Below, piece after piece: positions 1-10,529 of a stretch of DNA of 64,000 nt. Source of the DNA: a bacterium (GTDB lineage: Bacteria; Babelota; Babeliae; Babelales; UASB340). The notes beneath the pieces were generated by a model that ran no database searches, had not been told where the DNA came from, and saw only the letters and a program-made list of their open reading frames with translations. Position 1 is the first letter of the stretch; each line of letters begins with the position of its first letter. The translations under genes and the position numbers were made by a program. Location of the stretch: the NCBI GenBank assembly GCA_030629005.1, contig DAOVPV010000007.1, positions 6,356 to 70,355 on the forward strand, given 5' to 3'.

Positions 1-187
1 TAACAATACTTGTTACAGCAGAGCCCTCAACTGATGACAAAATAACTCGACGTAATGCATTACCCAAAGTAACACCAAATCCTGGCTCTAACGGCTGAAC
101 AATCAACTCTCCTAACGTATCTGATAACCTATTTTTTTCCCACTTTACAGTTGGAATTGTTAGCGGTTTATATACCTTATCTAGCAT
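1..187 (-). CDS. rpoA: RNA polymerase alpha subunit, 5' part (runs off the window)
   Basis: Manual translation [12 protein letters not shown]...[29 protein letters not shown]; GGAGG RBS; follows rpsD. Confidence 0.95.
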   Translation of the reverse strand, partial: MLDKVYKPLTIPTVKWEKNRLSDTLGELIVQPLEPGFGVTLGNALRRVILSSVEGSAVTSIV

Positions 188-219
188 TAAGCGCCTCCAC
201 GGTTTTACCCAATAAAATC

Positions 220-858
220 TTACTTAGAATACAACTCTACAATTAAATGCTCTTCTATAGGAGCTGTTACATCAGAACGTACTGGCAAACGCAAAATTGT
301 ACCTTTTCGCTCTTTCTTATCTAACTCTAACCATTCAGGCAATTTAATACCTATATTCATACGCTTATCAATTGTACCTTCAACAAATTCTTTCTTCTTT
401 GAAGTAACTTCAGACAAAGAAATTATATCACCTTCTTTAACCAAGCAAGATGGCGATATTACACGTCTTCCATTAATATTAATATGCCCATGAACAACAA
501 ACTGTCTTGCCTGCTCTCTTGAATAAGCCATCTTCAAACGAAAAACGACATTATCAATTCTACGCTCAAGCAATGAAAGTAAACTATCACCAGTAATACC
601 TTTGGACTCCGAAGCTATTTTAAAAAAACGACGAAATTGTTTTTCCAAAGAACCATACATTAATTTTACCTTTTGCTTTTCTGCAAGTTGCTTTCCATAT
701 TCAGATAATTTTAATGTCCCTTGTCTCCGAGGGTGCTGACCAGGTGTAGTCGCTCTCCGCTCCATAGGACATTTAGCGGTACGACACTTAGAACCTTTTA
801 AAAATAATTTATCACCAGCTCTTCTACATCTTCTGCAAGTCGCCAAATTTGATGCCAT
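220..858 (-). CDS. rpsD: 30S ribosomal protein S4
   Basis: [35 protein letters not shown]; start set at MASNL. Confidence 0.97.
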   Translation of the reverse strand: MASNLATCRRCRRAGDKLFLKGSKCRTAKCPMERRATTPGQHPRRQGTLKLSEYGKQLAEKQKVKLMYGSLEKQFRRFFKIASESKGITGDSLLSLLERRIDNVVFRLKMAYSREQARQFVVHGHININGRRVISPSCLVKEGDIISLSEVTSKKKEFVEGTIDKRMNIGIKLPEWLELDKKERKGTILRLPVRSDVTAPIEEHLIVELYSK

Positions 859-906
859 ATTTAAACCTATTTCTAATTTTTTCAATAAAACTATTTAACC
901 AAAAAA

Positions 907-1290
907 CTACATTCTTCTTTTTTTAGGAGGCCTACAACCATTATGAGGTAATGGCGTAACATCTCTTAACAAAGAAATAGTTAATCCAGAAGACTGTAGA
1001 GCTCTCACAACAGAATCTCTTCCAGAACCAGGACCCTTCATGTTTACCTCAACAACTCGAACACCCATAGAAAGCATCTCTTTTGCTAAATTTGAAGCAA
1101 TTTGAGTTGCTGCAAAAGGCGTTCCCTTTCTTGCACCCTTAAAACCAAGTTGCCCTGAGCTACCCCTTAAAAGTACGTCTCCATCAGTTGTAGTAATAGA
1201 AACAATAGTATTATTAAAAGTAGACTGCACATTAGCAACTACGGTATCAACATTTTTTAATTGTCGTTTTTTTGTTTTTTTATAAGCCAT
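907..1290 (-). CDS. rpsK: 30S ribosomal protein S11
   Basis: STFNNTIVSIT, GFKGARKGTPFAA, DVTPLPHNGCRPPK. Confidence 0.98.
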   Translation of the reverse strand: MAYKKTKKRQLKNVDTVVANVQSTFNNTIVSITTTDGDVLLRGSSGQLGFKGARKGTPFAATQIASNLAKEMLSMGVRVVEVNMKGPGSGRDSVVRALQSSGLTISLLRDVTPLPHNGCRPPKKRRM

Positions 1291-1317
1291 TTTTTCCTTT
1301 GACCAACAATCTATCTA

Positions 1318-1707
1318 TTACTTCTTAGCAACAGCTTTTTTCAATGTAATCTGACTTCCAGCTTTTCTTGGACCCTTTCTGGTTCTAGCATTTGTCTTTG
1401 TACGCTGACCACGAACTGGCAACGATCTCTTATGCCTCAAACCTCTATAAGAGCCAATCTCCTGAAGCCGCTTTATATTCAAAGTTATCTCTTTACGAAG
1501 ATCTCCTTCAACAGGAAAATTTTCAGAAATAAATCTAGCAATCACCCCGACCTGTTCATGAGATAAATCTTTTATTCTTATATCAGGGCTTACATTTGTA
1601 CCTTTTAAAATATCTTTAGATCGTTTAAGCCCAATCCCAAAAAGATATGTTAAGCCGATTTCAACACGCTTATTAGCCGGTAAATTAACACCTTCAATAC
1701 GAGCCAT
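1318..1707 (-). CDS. rpsM: 30S ribosomal protein S13
   Basis: [33 protein letters not shown]. Confidence 0.98.
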   Translation of the reverse strand: MARIEGVNLPANKRVEIGLTYLFGIGLKRSKDILKGTNVSPDIRIKDLSHEQVGVIARFISENFPVEGDLRKEITLNIKRLQEIGSYRGLRHKRSLPVRGQRTKTNARTRKGPRKAGSQITLKKAVAKK

Positions 1708-1724
1708 CTAAAAACCTCTCTATC

Positions 1725-1841
1725 TTAACCTTGACGTTGCTTATGTCTTGGATTTTTATTACAAATAACCCTTACAATTTTTCCACGCTTTACAATTCTA
1801 CAATACATACAAATTTTCTTTACAGATGTTTTTACTTTCAT
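1725..1841 (-). CDS. rpmJ: 50S ribosomal protein L36 (not in ORF track)
   Basis: Manual translation [38 protein letters not shown]. Confidence 0.97.
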   Translation of the reverse strand: MKVKTSVKKICMYCRIVKRGKIVRVICNKNPRHKQRQG

Positions 1842-1888
1842 CGTCAATATTCTTTCAAATTAAAATACAACTTTAAATGTTAAATCCA

Positions 1889-2113
1889 TCAAGCTTTATA
1901 TCTTGAAACAATCCGCCCCTTGGCCAAATCATAAGCAGATAATTCAACTGCAACTTTATCTCCAGGTAAAAGCTTAATGTAATACATACGCATCTTACCA
2001 GAAACGTGAGCTAAAACCAAATGCCCATTATCTAATCTTACATGAAACATTGCGTTAGGCAAAGCCTTTTCAACGATACCGTCAACAACAATCACATCTT
2101 TTTTATTCTTCAT
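1889..2113 (-). CDS. infA: Translation initiation factor IF-1
   Basis: [29 protein letters not shown]. Confidence 0.98.
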   Translation of the reverse strand: MKNKKDVIVVDGIVEKALPNAMFHVRLDNGHLVLAHVSGKMRMYYIKLLPGDKVAVELSAYDLAKGRIVSRYKA

Positions 2114-2121
2114 TTTGTCCT

Positions 2122-2886
2122 TTAATTTTCACTACAGGAAAATCTAGTCAATATTTCAGGAGCTCCAACCGTAACCAAAACAGTATCTTCAACATGAGCC
2201 GCAATGCTTCCATCTACAGTCTTAGCAGTCCAACCATCTCCCATTGTTTTCACATCAAAACCTCGCATGGTAATCATTGGCTCAATAGCCAAAGTCATCC
2301 CACGGCGAAGAATTGGCCCCAAACCAGGTTTTCCATAGTTTGGAATCTCAGGATCTTCATGAAGATTACGTCCAATACCATGCCCAGCAAATTTTCTTAC
2401 TACGCCAAATCCCTCTTTTTCTACAATTTTTTGAATACATGCTGATATATCTGACAAGTGATTACCTTCTATAGCCAACGTAATTGCGCTGTCTAATGCC
2501 CATTGTGCAACATCGGCCAACTTTTTAACATCCAACGAAACGTTGCCAACAAAATAAAACCGCGCCATATCTGCACAAAAACCTCTGTAAGAAGCAACGA
2601 CATCTATTTTAACAAAATCTCCAGATTTTAAAACAACTTTATCCGATGGAACACCATGAACAACCCCATCATTCAAAGAGATACATGTTGCGTGCTTATA
2701 TCCTGCATATCCCTTACACTCCGGCACCAAGCCCAACCTTAAAATTTCGCTCTCAATCATCCCGTCGATTTCTAAAGTCGTAGCACCCTTCTTTATAGCT
2801 GGTTTTATATCATGCAAAATCTTTGCTAATAAATGCCCCGCCGTTCTCATTTTGTCAATGGAAGCCTTATTTTTTATAATAATCAC
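2122..2886 (-). CDS. map: Methionine aminopeptidase type I
   Basis: [37 protein letters not shown]. Confidence 0.97.
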   Translation of the reverse strand: MIIIKNKASIDKMRTAGHLLAKILHDIKPAIKKGATTLEIDGMIESEILRLGLVPECKGYAGYKHATCISLNDGVVHGVPSDKVVLKSGDFVKIDVVASYRGFCADMARFYFVGNVSLDVKKLADVAQWALDSAITLAIEGNHLSDISACIQKIVEKEGFGVVRKFAGHGIGRNLHEDPEIPNYGKPGLGPILRRGMTLAIEPMITMRGFDVKTMGDGWTAKTVDGSIAAHVEDTVLVTVGAPEILTRFSCSEN

Positions 2887-2903
2887 TTATTCACCATAAA
2901 ACA

Positions 2904-4220
2904 CTATCTTCCATAACGACCTTTAAGTCGACCCGTTGTTAAAAAGCCTTCATATCTACGTTCAATTAAATGCGATTCTATTTGAGCAGCCATATCCATT
3001 GCAACACCGATAACAATTAACAAACTTATTCCACTGAACATAACCGGAAAATTAAACGCTGATTGCAATAAACTTGGAACCAATGCCAAGGATGCCAAAT
3101 AAATAGCTCCGGGCAAACCAATTCTTGTTAAAAGATAATCAAAAAATTCAGATGTTCTCTTTCCAGGTCTAATGCCAGGAATAAAACCACCAGACTTTCT
3201 TATATTATCGGCAAGTTCAACAGGATTAAATATTATAGCAGTATAAAAAAATGCAAAAAAGATAATTAATCCTGATTGCAATACATAAAACAACAACCCA
3301 CCATAACCAAACAGCTCTGCCAAAAACTTAAGAGACGGAAATTTTACAGCCACAGAATTAAACAACATCATAGGTATTTGAATGATTGTACTTGCAAAAA
3401 TTACAGGAATAACACCTGAGGGATTTACTTTTAGAGGAATGTAAGAACTTTGACCGCCATAAACTTTGTGCCCAACAACCCTTTTTGCATATTGAACAAC
3501 AACCCTACGCTCACCCTTTTCTAAAAAGACAATTAGACCTATTACAGCAACCGAAACAAATACCAGCAATAAAGCAATTAAAGGATCCGTTTGTCCCAAT
3601 TTCACAAGACTAATAAGCTTAATAACAGCACTCGGTAAACTAACAACAATACCCGCAAAAATAATTATAGAACTACCATTTCCCAATCCTCGACCATTTA
3701 TTTGTTCCCCAAGCCACATAACAAATAAAGCACCAACACTTAAAATTAAAACAGTCAAAAACTTAAACCCGATTCCAGGATTAAGAACGACCCCGGGCTG
3801 ACTTTCTATAAATATTGCAAGCATAAATCCTTGAACAATACTCAACCCTAAAGTTAAATACCGAGTATACTGATTAATGATTTTTCTACCATATTCCCCT
3901 TCTTTCGAAAGCAATTCTAAAGAAGGAACCATTATTGTAAGTAATTGCATCATAATGGAAGCACTAATATAAGGACTAATCCCCAATGCAAAAATAGCAA
4001 ACTGACTTAATGCTCCACCAGAAAAGAGATCCAGATAAGCCAACAATCCCCCAGCAAACTTTGAACCAACCAAAGCCTGCAAAGCCGATAAATTTATACC
4101 AGGAACCGGAATATGTGCTCCAAATCTAAAAACCGCTAATACCCCAAAAGTAAAAGCCAGCTTCTTTCTTAATTCAGACACTAAAAAAATATTTTTAAAG
4201 TTTTTTAGTAAAACAATCAC
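2904..4220 (-). CDS. secY: Preprotein translocase SecY
   Basis: IFALGISPYISASI, GNGSSIIIFAGI, GVIPVIFAS, FIPGIRPG. Confidence 0.98.
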   Translation of the reverse strand: MIVLLKNFKNIFLVSELRKKLAFTFGVLAVFRFGAHIPVPGINLSALQALVGSKFAGGLLAYLDLFSGGALSQFAIFALGISPYISASIMMQLLTIMVPSLELLSKEGEYGRKIINQYTRYLTLGLSIVQGFMLAIFIESQPGVVLNPGIGFKFLTVLILSVGALFVMWLGEQINGRGLGNGSSIIIFAGIVVSLPSAVIKLISLVKLGQTDPLIALLLVFVSVAVIGLIVFLEKGERRVVVQYAKRVVGHKVYGGQSSYIPLKVNPSGVIPVIFASTIIQIPMMLFNSVAVKFPSLKFLAELFGYGGLLFYVLQSGLIIFFAFFYTAIIFNPVELADNIRKSGGFIPGIRPGKRTSEFFDYLLTRIGLPGAIYLASLALVPSLLQSAFNFPVMFSGISLLIVIGVAMDMAAQIESHLIERRYEGFLTTGRLKGRYGR

Positions 4221-4221
4221 C

Positions 4222-4677
4222 TTAAGCCTCTCTAACTAACTCAACCTTACCTCCGGCCTTTTCTATTTGCTCTTTAGCCGACTTACTCAGTTTATCCGCA
4301 ACAACAATTAAACTCTTACTTAACGCTCCAAAACCCAAAATTTTAATTAAAACTTTTCCATGAGCTTTTATTAAACCTTTTTTAACAAGCGACTTCAAAT
4401 CAACAGTATCACCCGCAGAAAATTTATTCTCTAAATCCTGTAAATTTACAATAATAAATTCCTTTTTAAATCTATTATTACTAAAACCTCTCTTTGGCAA
4501 ACGTCTTGCCAACCCCATTTGACCACCATCAAACCAACCTTTCAGCTCGCCACTAACGCCAGACCTTGCCTTTTGGCCCTTATGACCTTTTCCAGAAGTG
4601 CCACCTTTATCTCCGCCTCTTCCAATTCGTTTTCTTCTTTTGGAAGTAGATTCTAAGTTACTAAGCGATAACATCAT
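4222..4677 (-). CDS. rplO: 50S ribosomal protein L15
   Basis: GRG..G.GHKGQKARSG, GGQ.GL.RRLPKRGF. Confidence 0.97.
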   Translation of the reverse strand: MMLSLSNLESTSKRRKRIGRGGDKGGTSGKGHKGQKARSGVSGELKGWFDGGQMGLARRLPKRGFSNNRFKKEFIIVNLQDLENKFSAGDTVDLKSLVKKGLIKAHGKVLIKILGFGALSKSLIVVADKLSKSAKEQIEKAGGKVELVREA

Positions 4678-5212
4678 TTTCCTTGGTTGTTTTTATACTT
4701 ACAATTTCATTTAACTTTTTATTTCTAATCGCAGCAATATCCTTTGCTGACCTTAGCTTCTTTAACGCATTTAAAGTTGCTTTTACAACATTTTGAGGAT
4801 TACCAGAACCTAAGGATTTAGCCAAAATGTCTTTAATTCCCAACACTTCCATAACAGATCTAACAGCACCACCGGCAATCAAACCTGTACCCTTTGATGC
4901 TGATCTAAGTAAAACTAAACTAGAAGAATGCTTACCTTTAACAGTAAAAGGAATAGTCGTTTTATATAAAGGAACCCTAAACATGCTTTTTTTTGCTTTT
5001 TTTAAAGCCTTTGATATCGCAGCTGAAACCTCACGTCCTTTTCCAAGGGCTATACCAACGCGACCATTTTTATCACCAACAGCAACCAACGCAGAAAACG
5101 CAAAACGTTTACCACCTTTTATAACCTTTGCAACTCTTCTAACATTCAAAACACTTTCTGCGTATTCTTCTGTCGTTGCGTGAATATTTCTCTTCCCTTT
5201 AAATTCTGCCAT
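4661..5212 (-). CDS. rpsE: 30S ribosomal protein S5
   Basis: RVAKVIKGGKRFAFSALV, GTGLIAGG. Confidence 0.97.
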   Translation of the reverse strand: MAEFKGKRNIHATTEEYAESVLNVRRVAKVIKGGKRFAFSALVAVGDKNGRVGIALGKGREVSAAISKALKKAKKSMFRVPLYKTTIPFTVKGKHSSSLVLLRSASKGTGLIAGGAVRSVMEVLGIKDILAKSLGSGNPQNVVKATLNALKKLRSAKDIAAIRNKKLNEIVSIKTTKENDVIA

Positions 5213-5241
5213 ACTTAATCTTTCCTAATAACTCTTTAGTA

Positions 5242-5610
5242 TTAAAATTTCAAGCCACATTCTCGCAGGCCATCAGCAAGAGCCTTAACTCTTCCATGAT
5301 ATAAATAATGTCCACGATCAAAAAACACATTTTCAACAGATTTTTCCAAAGCAAGTTTACCAAGCGACAATCCAACTTGCCTTGCCACAGCTGTCTTATC
5401 AGCCTTCTTGCCTTTTATGCTTTGAGAAGAATAGCTAACAATAGTTGTTGATGTCGCATCGTCAATTATTTGAGCAGATATGTGATTTAAACTTCTAAAT
5501 ACAGAAACTCTAAGTAAAACACCTCTGCTCATCTGTTTATTTTTAACTCTAAAACCTCTTCTTTTTAATCTTTTTTCTATTTTCTTTTGGCTTTTTTTTA
5601 GATAACTCAC
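5242..5610 (-). CDS. rplR: 50S ribosomal protein L18
   Basis: RVSVFRSLNHISAQIIDD, FDRGHYLYHGRVKALAD; GTG start with AAGGA RBS. Confidence 0.95.
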   Translation of the reverse strand: MSYLKKSQKKIEKRLKRRGFRVKNKQMSRGVLLRVSVFRSLNHISAQIIDDATSTTIVSYSSQSIKGKKADKTAVARQVGLSLGKLALEKSVENVFFDRGHYLYHGRVKALADGLRECGLKF

Positions 5611-5635
5611 GAAAAAAATCCTTCTTTTAACTGTA

Positions 5636-6178
5636 TTAAGAACCAGACTTAGCTTTTCCAGCCTTACGAATAATAACTTCACCTTCAACTATAATTCCAG
5701 TACCTTTGTAAGGCTCAGGCAATCTGAATTTTCTAACAGTATCGCAAACATCACCCAAAAGATGCTTATCACTAGACTTAAAGACCAAATTTTGACCGCT
5801 TCTATCAACATCTAATTCAACGGCATCCGGCAAAGTGTAGTTAATCTTGTGGCTATACCCAAGCGAAAAGATCATTTTTTTTCCTGATAACTGCGCTTTG
5901 TAACCCAAACCAACAATTTTCACTTTTTTTTCAAACAACTGACGAGCTCCAAATACCTTGTTCGCAACCAAAGCTCTATGTAACCCCCAAATTGCACTAT
6001 TGCTTCTTTTGCTATTTTGCAATTCAATAAATAAAAATCCGTCATCTTGCCTTGCAACTAACTCTACTGGTAACACATGGGTAAATTTAGCCTTTGGACC
6101 ATTAATTAAAAGTTCATTTCCTTTTATCTCAACTTTAGTAGCCAAAAGCTCGATTGATTTTTTTCCTATCTTAGACAT
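5636..6178 (-). CDS. rplF: 50S ribosomal protein L6
   Basis: MSKIGKK, GLGYKA, LGYSH, PEPYKGTGI. Confidence 0.97.
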   Translation of the reverse strand: MSKIGKKSIELLATKVEIKGNELLINGPKAKFTHVLPVELVARQDDGFLFIELQNSKRSNSAIWGLHRALVANKVFGARQLFEKKVKIVGLGYKAQLSGKKMIFSLGYSHKINYTLPDAVELDVDRSGQNLVFKSSDKHLLGDVCDTVRKFRLPEPYKGTGIIVEGEVIIRKAGKAKSGS

Positions 6179-6188
6179 TATTTAATCC

Positions 6189-6584
6189 TTACCAAACATG
6201 GCAAATGACTTCACCACCAACAGAAAGCCTTCTTGCTTGTTGGTCAGTCATAACACCAGAACTTGTTGTCAATATTGCAACGCCCAAACCTCCAATAACA
6301 GGAGTAATTTTGCCAGATCCTTCATAAAAACGGCAACTAGGCTTACTTATTCTTTTTATTTCATTAATAGCAGGCTGTCCATCAACATACTTTAATAAAA
6401 CACTTAATGCTAAATGCCCATCAGAACCTGTTTCCTTGCTAAAATCCTTAATAAAACCTTCTTCCTTTAACACCCTTGCAATCTCAACTTTTAAATTTGA
6501 ATAAGGCACTTTAATGGAACGCTTATAAACCATCAAAGCGTTTCGTATAACCGTTAAAAAATCTCCAAGAACATCCACTGACAT
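6189..6584 (-). CDS. rpsH: 30S ribosomal protein S8
   Basis: DFLTVIRNA, GLGVAILTTSSG, GGEVIC. Confidence 0.97.
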   Translation of the reverse strand: MSVDVLGDFLTVIRNALMVYKRSIKVPYSNLKVEIARVLKEEGFIKDFSKETGSDGHLALSVLLKYVDGQPAINEIKRISKPSCRFYEGSGKITPVIGGLGVAILTTSSGVMTDQQARRLSVGGEVICHVW

Positions 6585-6601
6585 ATTAATCCTTCTAAAT
6601 C

Positions 6602-6787
6602 TTACCAGCTTGTTTTTTTTACACCAGGAAGCAATCCCTCTAATGAATATTTTCTAAAACAAATTCTGCACAACAAAAAGTCACGCATAAAACCCCTAGG
6701 TCGTCCACAGGATTTACATCTATTTCTTTGTCTTGTAGAAAACTTCGGAGTCTTATTTGCTTTTTCTATTAACGCTTTTTTTGCCAT
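6602..6787 (-). CDS. rpsZ: 30S ribosomal protein S14, zinc-binding type
   Basis: 61 aa, [10 protein letters not shown]...CRICFR. Confidence 0.96.
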   Translation of the reverse strand: MAKKALIEKANKTPKFSTRQRNRCKSCGRPRGFMRDFLLCRICFRKYSLEGLLPGVKKTSW

Positions 6788-6811
6788 AATTAAATTACCT
6801 TTATAAATTCA

Positions 6812-7354
6812 TTAATTTTGTGTAAATGGCATATTAAAACTTTTCAACAATGCTAATGCTTGTACATCATTTTTTGCTGAAGTGTGAATTGTAATATTTA
6901 AGCCACGAGACTTATCCACAGAATCATAATCAACTTCAGGAAAAACCATCCAATCCTTAAGGCCTATATTATAATTTCCATTACCATCAAACTTAGTTTT
7001 AAGCCCATGAAAATCTTTTACCCTAGGAATTGAAATATTGATAAGCTTATCCAAGAAATCATACATTTTACGACTTCTTAATGTAACCATAATACCAATA
7101 GGCATACCTTCTCGCAACTTAAACCCTGCTATAGACTTTTTAGCATATGTTCTAACTGCAACCTGACCTGATACTTGTGTAAAAACATCTTTAATCAAAT
7201 TCAAAGACTTACTATCGGCAACTGCATCTTTAACGCCCATATTTAATATAACTTTAGTAACCTTAGGAACTTCCATTATATTATCTAGATTCAATTCTTT
7301 TTTTAACTTCTTACAAATTGTATCTGTATATAATTTTTCTAAACGCGATTTCAT
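6812..7354 (-). CDS. rplE: 50S ribosomal protein L5
   Basis: AKKSIAGFKLREGMPIG, FDGNGNYNIG, RGLNITI. Confidence 0.97.
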   Translation of the reverse strand: MKSRLEKLYTDTICKKLKKELNLDNIMEVPKVTKVILNMGVKDAVADSKSLNLIKDVFTQVSGQVAVRTYAKKSIAGFKLREGMPIGIMVTLRSRKMYDFLDKLINISIPRVKDFHGLKTKFDGNGNYNIGLKDWMVFPEVDYDSVDKSRGLNITIHTSAKNDVQALALLKSFNMPFTQN

Positions 7355-7371
7355 AAATACCAAACCTTAGC

Positions 7372-7686
7372 TTAAAAAGCCTCATGACATCGATGACAAA
7401 CCCTCACCTTATTCTCATTTTCTAAGAATTTGGTTCTTACTCTACATGCTTTTTTACAAGACTTGCAGACAGGCATAATTTTACCTAAAGGAATAAACGC
7501 CTCTTCTTTAACAATTTTACTTGTTTCACCAGACTTTTTAGCTTTTGCATGTCGTGTAACAATAGCAATTCCTTTGACCAAAGCTTGATCCGCTTTTGGT
7601 ACCACCTTTATAACTATGCCTTGTTTGCCCTTATCTTTTCCGGCTATAACAACAACATTATCATCTTTTTTTATTCGACTTAACAT
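7372..7686 (-). CDS. rplX: 50S ribosomal protein L24
   Basis: IKKDDNVVVIAGKDKGKQG KOW motif. Confidence 0.97.
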   Translation of the reverse strand: MLSRIKKDDNVVVIAGKDKGKQGIVIKVVPKADQALVKGIAIVTRHAKAKKSGETSKIVKEEAFIPLGKIMPVCKSCKKACRVRTKFLENENKVRVCHRCHEAF

Positions 7687-7694
7687 ATAAAATC

Positions 7695-8063
7695 CTACAA
7701 TACTTCTGGAGCTAAAGATATAATCTTTAAATAACCTTTTGCTCTTAACTCCCTAGCGATAGGGCCAAAGATACGAGTACCAACAGGCTGTTTATCTTTG
7801 TCAACAATCACTGCAGCATTATCACTAAAGCGAACATAACTACCATCAGCACGTCGTACTTCTTTTTTTGTTCTAACAATAACAGCCATCACCACATCAC
7901 TTTTTTTTACTGTACCAGCAACAACAGCCTTCTTCACGGCAACTTTAACAAGATCACCTAAATATGCAAAACGCTCACGTGTGCTGCCCACAACATGAAT
8001 AACCATCGCCTTTTTTGCACCAGAATTATCTGTTACATTTAACATAGTCTGCTTCTGAACCAT
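7695..8063 (-). CDS. rplN: 50S ribosomal protein L14
   Basis: [33 protein letters not shown]. Confidence 0.98.
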   Translation of the reverse strand: MVQKQTMLNVTDNSGAKKAMVIHVVGSTRERFAYLGDLVKVAVKKAVVAGTVKKSDVVMAVIVRTKKEVRRADGSYVRFSDNAAVIVDKDKQPVGTRIFGPIARELRAKGYLKIISLAPEVL

Positions 8064-8075
8064 GAAATACCTTTC

Positions 8076-8357
8076 TTAAACAGCCTTCCTTAAAACGCGA
8101 TTCAAAACCATATGCTTTGTTTTAGAAACAGGTCTACATTCAGAAATTTCAACCCAATCTCCAAGCATAGCAACTTCATTTTCATCGTGGGCTTTATATT
8201 TTTTAGCCAAATTAATCGTTTTACCTAACAATGGATGTTTAAAAGTTCTTAATACCTTTACAACAACAGTCTTCTGCATATCACAGGAAATAATTTCCCC
8301 TGCAAGAACTCGCCCTTTAGAAGGCTTTACATCTATTTCTTTTTTACCGATCGTCAT
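8076..8357 (-). CDS. rpsQ: 30S ribosomal protein S17
   Basis: MQKTVVV, KYKAHDE, ECRPVSKTK. Confidence 0.97.
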   Translation of the reverse strand: MTIGKKEIDVKPSKGRVLAGEIISCDMQKTVVVKVLRTFKHPLLGKTINLAKKYKAHDENEVAMLGDWVEISECRPVSKTKHMVLNRVLRKAV

Positions 8358-8443
8358 TTTTATACCTCAAATAGCATTCAACTAAACTTTAAGACAAAAA
8401 GTTTAAGTAATACTTTAACATATTTTCAATAAAATATTAGCAA

Positions 8444-8632
8444 TTATAATTGTTTTTGTCTTAAAAAAGTTAAACATCTTGCTATATCTTTACGAATCTT
8501 GCCAAACTGAGACAAATCTTTAACTTCGCCACTGCCAAGGCTCAACTTTAAATCAAAAAGCTCTCTCCTAAGCTGTTGCAACTCTTTATTAAATTCAGCT
8601 TCATTCAATTTTTTTAAATCATCTTTTTTCAT
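8444..8632 (-). CDS. rpmC: 50S ribosomal protein L29
   Basis: LRRELFDLK...IRKDIARCLT; operon position. Confidence 0.95.
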   Translation of the reverse strand: MKKDDLKKLNEAEFNKELQQLRRELFDLKLSLGSGEVKDLSQFGKIRKDIARCLTFLRQKQL

Positions 8633-8646
8633 ATAAATCTCTGCAC

Positions 8647-9072
8647 TTATTTATTATTGCTTGAAATACTATCTTTAAAAACAACCTTAGTCTTCATTGG
8701 AATTTTGTGAGATGCAGATTTTAAAATACCCTTAGCAACTTCTAAGTTAATATCTTTTAATTCTATCAACATTTTTTCACGCTTAATAACACAAACCCAA
8801 AACTCGGGGGCACCTTTACCTTTACCCATACGCGTTTCAGCGGGTTTTTTAGTAACAGGCTTATCCGGAAAAGCCCTTAAAAGCATCTCGCCTTCTTTTT
8901 TTAATTTTCGGCTTATCGCTACACGAGTAGCTTCTATTTGTCTAGCTGTAAACCATCCCGGTTCAACTGCAACTAATCCAATATCGCCAAAAACAAAACT
9001 TCCAGCTTTAGATTTTCCCTTTAATCTTCCTCTTTGAGTCTTTCTGTATTTCGTTTTTTTCGGCATCAACAT
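8647..9072 (-). CDS. rplP: 50S ribosomal protein L16
   Basis: MLMPKKTKYRK, FPDKPVTKKPAETRMGKGKG. Confidence 0.98.
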   Translation of the reverse strand: MLMPKKTKYRKTQRGRLKGKSKAGSFVFGDIGLVAVEPGWFTARQIEATRVAISRKLKKEGEMLLRAFPDKPVTKKPAETRMGKGKGAPEFWVCVIKREKMLIELKDINLEVAKGILKSASHKIPMKTKVVFKDSISSNNK

Positions 9073-9118
9073 GATTTATATCTCTCTATTTTAAGTCTTC
9101 AAATCAAGGCTTTATTAA

Positions 9119-9739
9119 TTAATAGGAACCTTTACAAATCCAAACCTTAATACCAATTATACCGTAAGTGGTTTTTGCTTCTGCCAATGAATAATCGATA
9201 TTAGAACGTAACGTATGTAATGGAACCGAACCCAATCGCAACCATTCACTTCTTGCTATTTCTGCACCATCTAGACGCCCCGCACAACAAACTTTTACAC
9301 CTTTAGCTCCACTTTTCATTGCAGCAAAACCGGCTTTTTTCATTGCTCGTTTAAAACTTACACGTCTAACTAACTGATTCGCAATACTCTTTGCCAAGAT
9401 AGAAGCACTTAATTCTGGGTTTTTAACTTCCTGAACAGAAACATCAATACCCTTTTTGAATTTAGCATAAAAATCACTCTTAAGCCTATCAATACCCATA
9501 CCTCGTTTACCAATAATAAAGCCAGGCCTTGACGAGTGTAAAATTACACGAATATTTTCACCAGCTTTTTCTATCACTATCTTATCGATATCTTCGAAAT
9601 TCAACGTTTTTTTTAAAAACTTTCTAATTTCGAGATCCTCTAATAACTCTTTACCATAAGATTTCTTAGAAAACCAGCGAGCTCTCCAATCTTCAAAGAT
9701 CCCGATTCTAAACCCTACAGGGTGAACTTTCTGTCCCAC
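9119..9739 (-). CDS. rpsC: 30S ribosomal protein S3
   Basis: MGQKVHPVGFR, GRLDGAEIARSE, PLHTLR. Confidence 0.98.
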   Translation of the reverse strand: MGQKVHPVGFRIGIFEDWRARWFSKKSYGKELLEDLEIRKFLKKTLNFEDIDKIVIEKAGENIRVILHSSRPGFIIGKRGMGIDRLKSDFYAKFKKGIDVSVQEVKNPELSASILAKSIANQLVRRVSFKRAMKKAGFAAMKSGAKGVKVCCAGRLDGAEIARSEWLRLGSVPLHTLRSNIDYSLAEAKTTYGIIGIKVWICKGSY

Positions 9740-9766
9740 AAAACACCTCTAACACTAAAATTAAAT

Positions 9767-10117
9767 TTACTTATTAACTTCTTTTCTTTCTAAAACTATG
9801 AGTATATGGCTCAATCTTTTTCTTTGCGGATTAGCACGTCCTTGAGCACCCGGTTTAAAGTATTTTATAACCGGCCCTTGATCAACTTTTACTTCTTTTA
9901 TGAAAAACTGATTCATAGGAACTTCTGCTGATAAAACATTTTTACCATTAGCATAAGCAGACAATAACGTCTTTTTTATAGGAACAATCTTACGCAAAGC
10001 ATTTGCCTGCAACCAAGCAAGAGCCTTATCTACAGGATAACCTCTTATTACATCCACAATAGGACGCAGTTTATACGGAGAAATTCTAACATATTTACTT
10101 ACAGCTCTTACAAGCAT
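9767..10117 (-). CDS. rplV: 50S ribosomal protein L22
   Basis: RISPYKLR, VDQGP, AQGRA..RKRLSHI. Confidence 0.97.
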   Translation of the reverse strand: MLVRAVSKYVRISPYKLRPIVDVIRGYPVDKALAWLQANALRKIVPIKKTLLSAYANGKNVLSAEVPMNQFFIKEVKVDQGPVIKYFKPGAQGRANPQRKRLSHILIVLERKEVNK

Positions 10118-10186
10118 TTTAAAACCTTTAGTATTCTAAAATAAAATCAAATAACAATATCAAACAACGCTCCATCACAAAGCAAT

Positions 10187-10471
10187 CTACCTAGCCACAG
10201 CTCCAGCTTTTCTTTGTCCACTATGTAATCTAAATGTTCTTGTTGGTGCGAATTCACCCAAATAGTGTCCAACCATATTTTCCGTAACTAAAATAGAAAC
10301 AAATTTTCGCCCATCGTGAATTGCAATGGTTAATCCCACAAAATCAGGGATTATCAAACTATTTCTTTTCCAAGTTTTTATTGCCTGCCTAGAACCAGCC
10401 TTTTTAGCTGCTTCTATTTTTCTTAGCAATGCTGGATCAACGTATGGACCCTTTTTTGTCGATCTGGCCAT
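10187..10471 (-). CDS. rpsS: 30S ribosomal protein S19
   Basis: [25 protein letters not shown]. Confidence 0.98.
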   Translation of the reverse strand: MARSTKKGPYVDPALLRKIEAAKKAGSRQAIKTWKRNSLIIPDFVGLTIAIHDGRKFVSILVTENMVGHYLGEFAPTRTFRLHSGQRKAGAVAR

Positions 10472-10529
10472 CTATTTCCTCAAGTTTTGAGTAAACATTT
10501 ACTCTTAATAAACTAATCGATATTTTATA

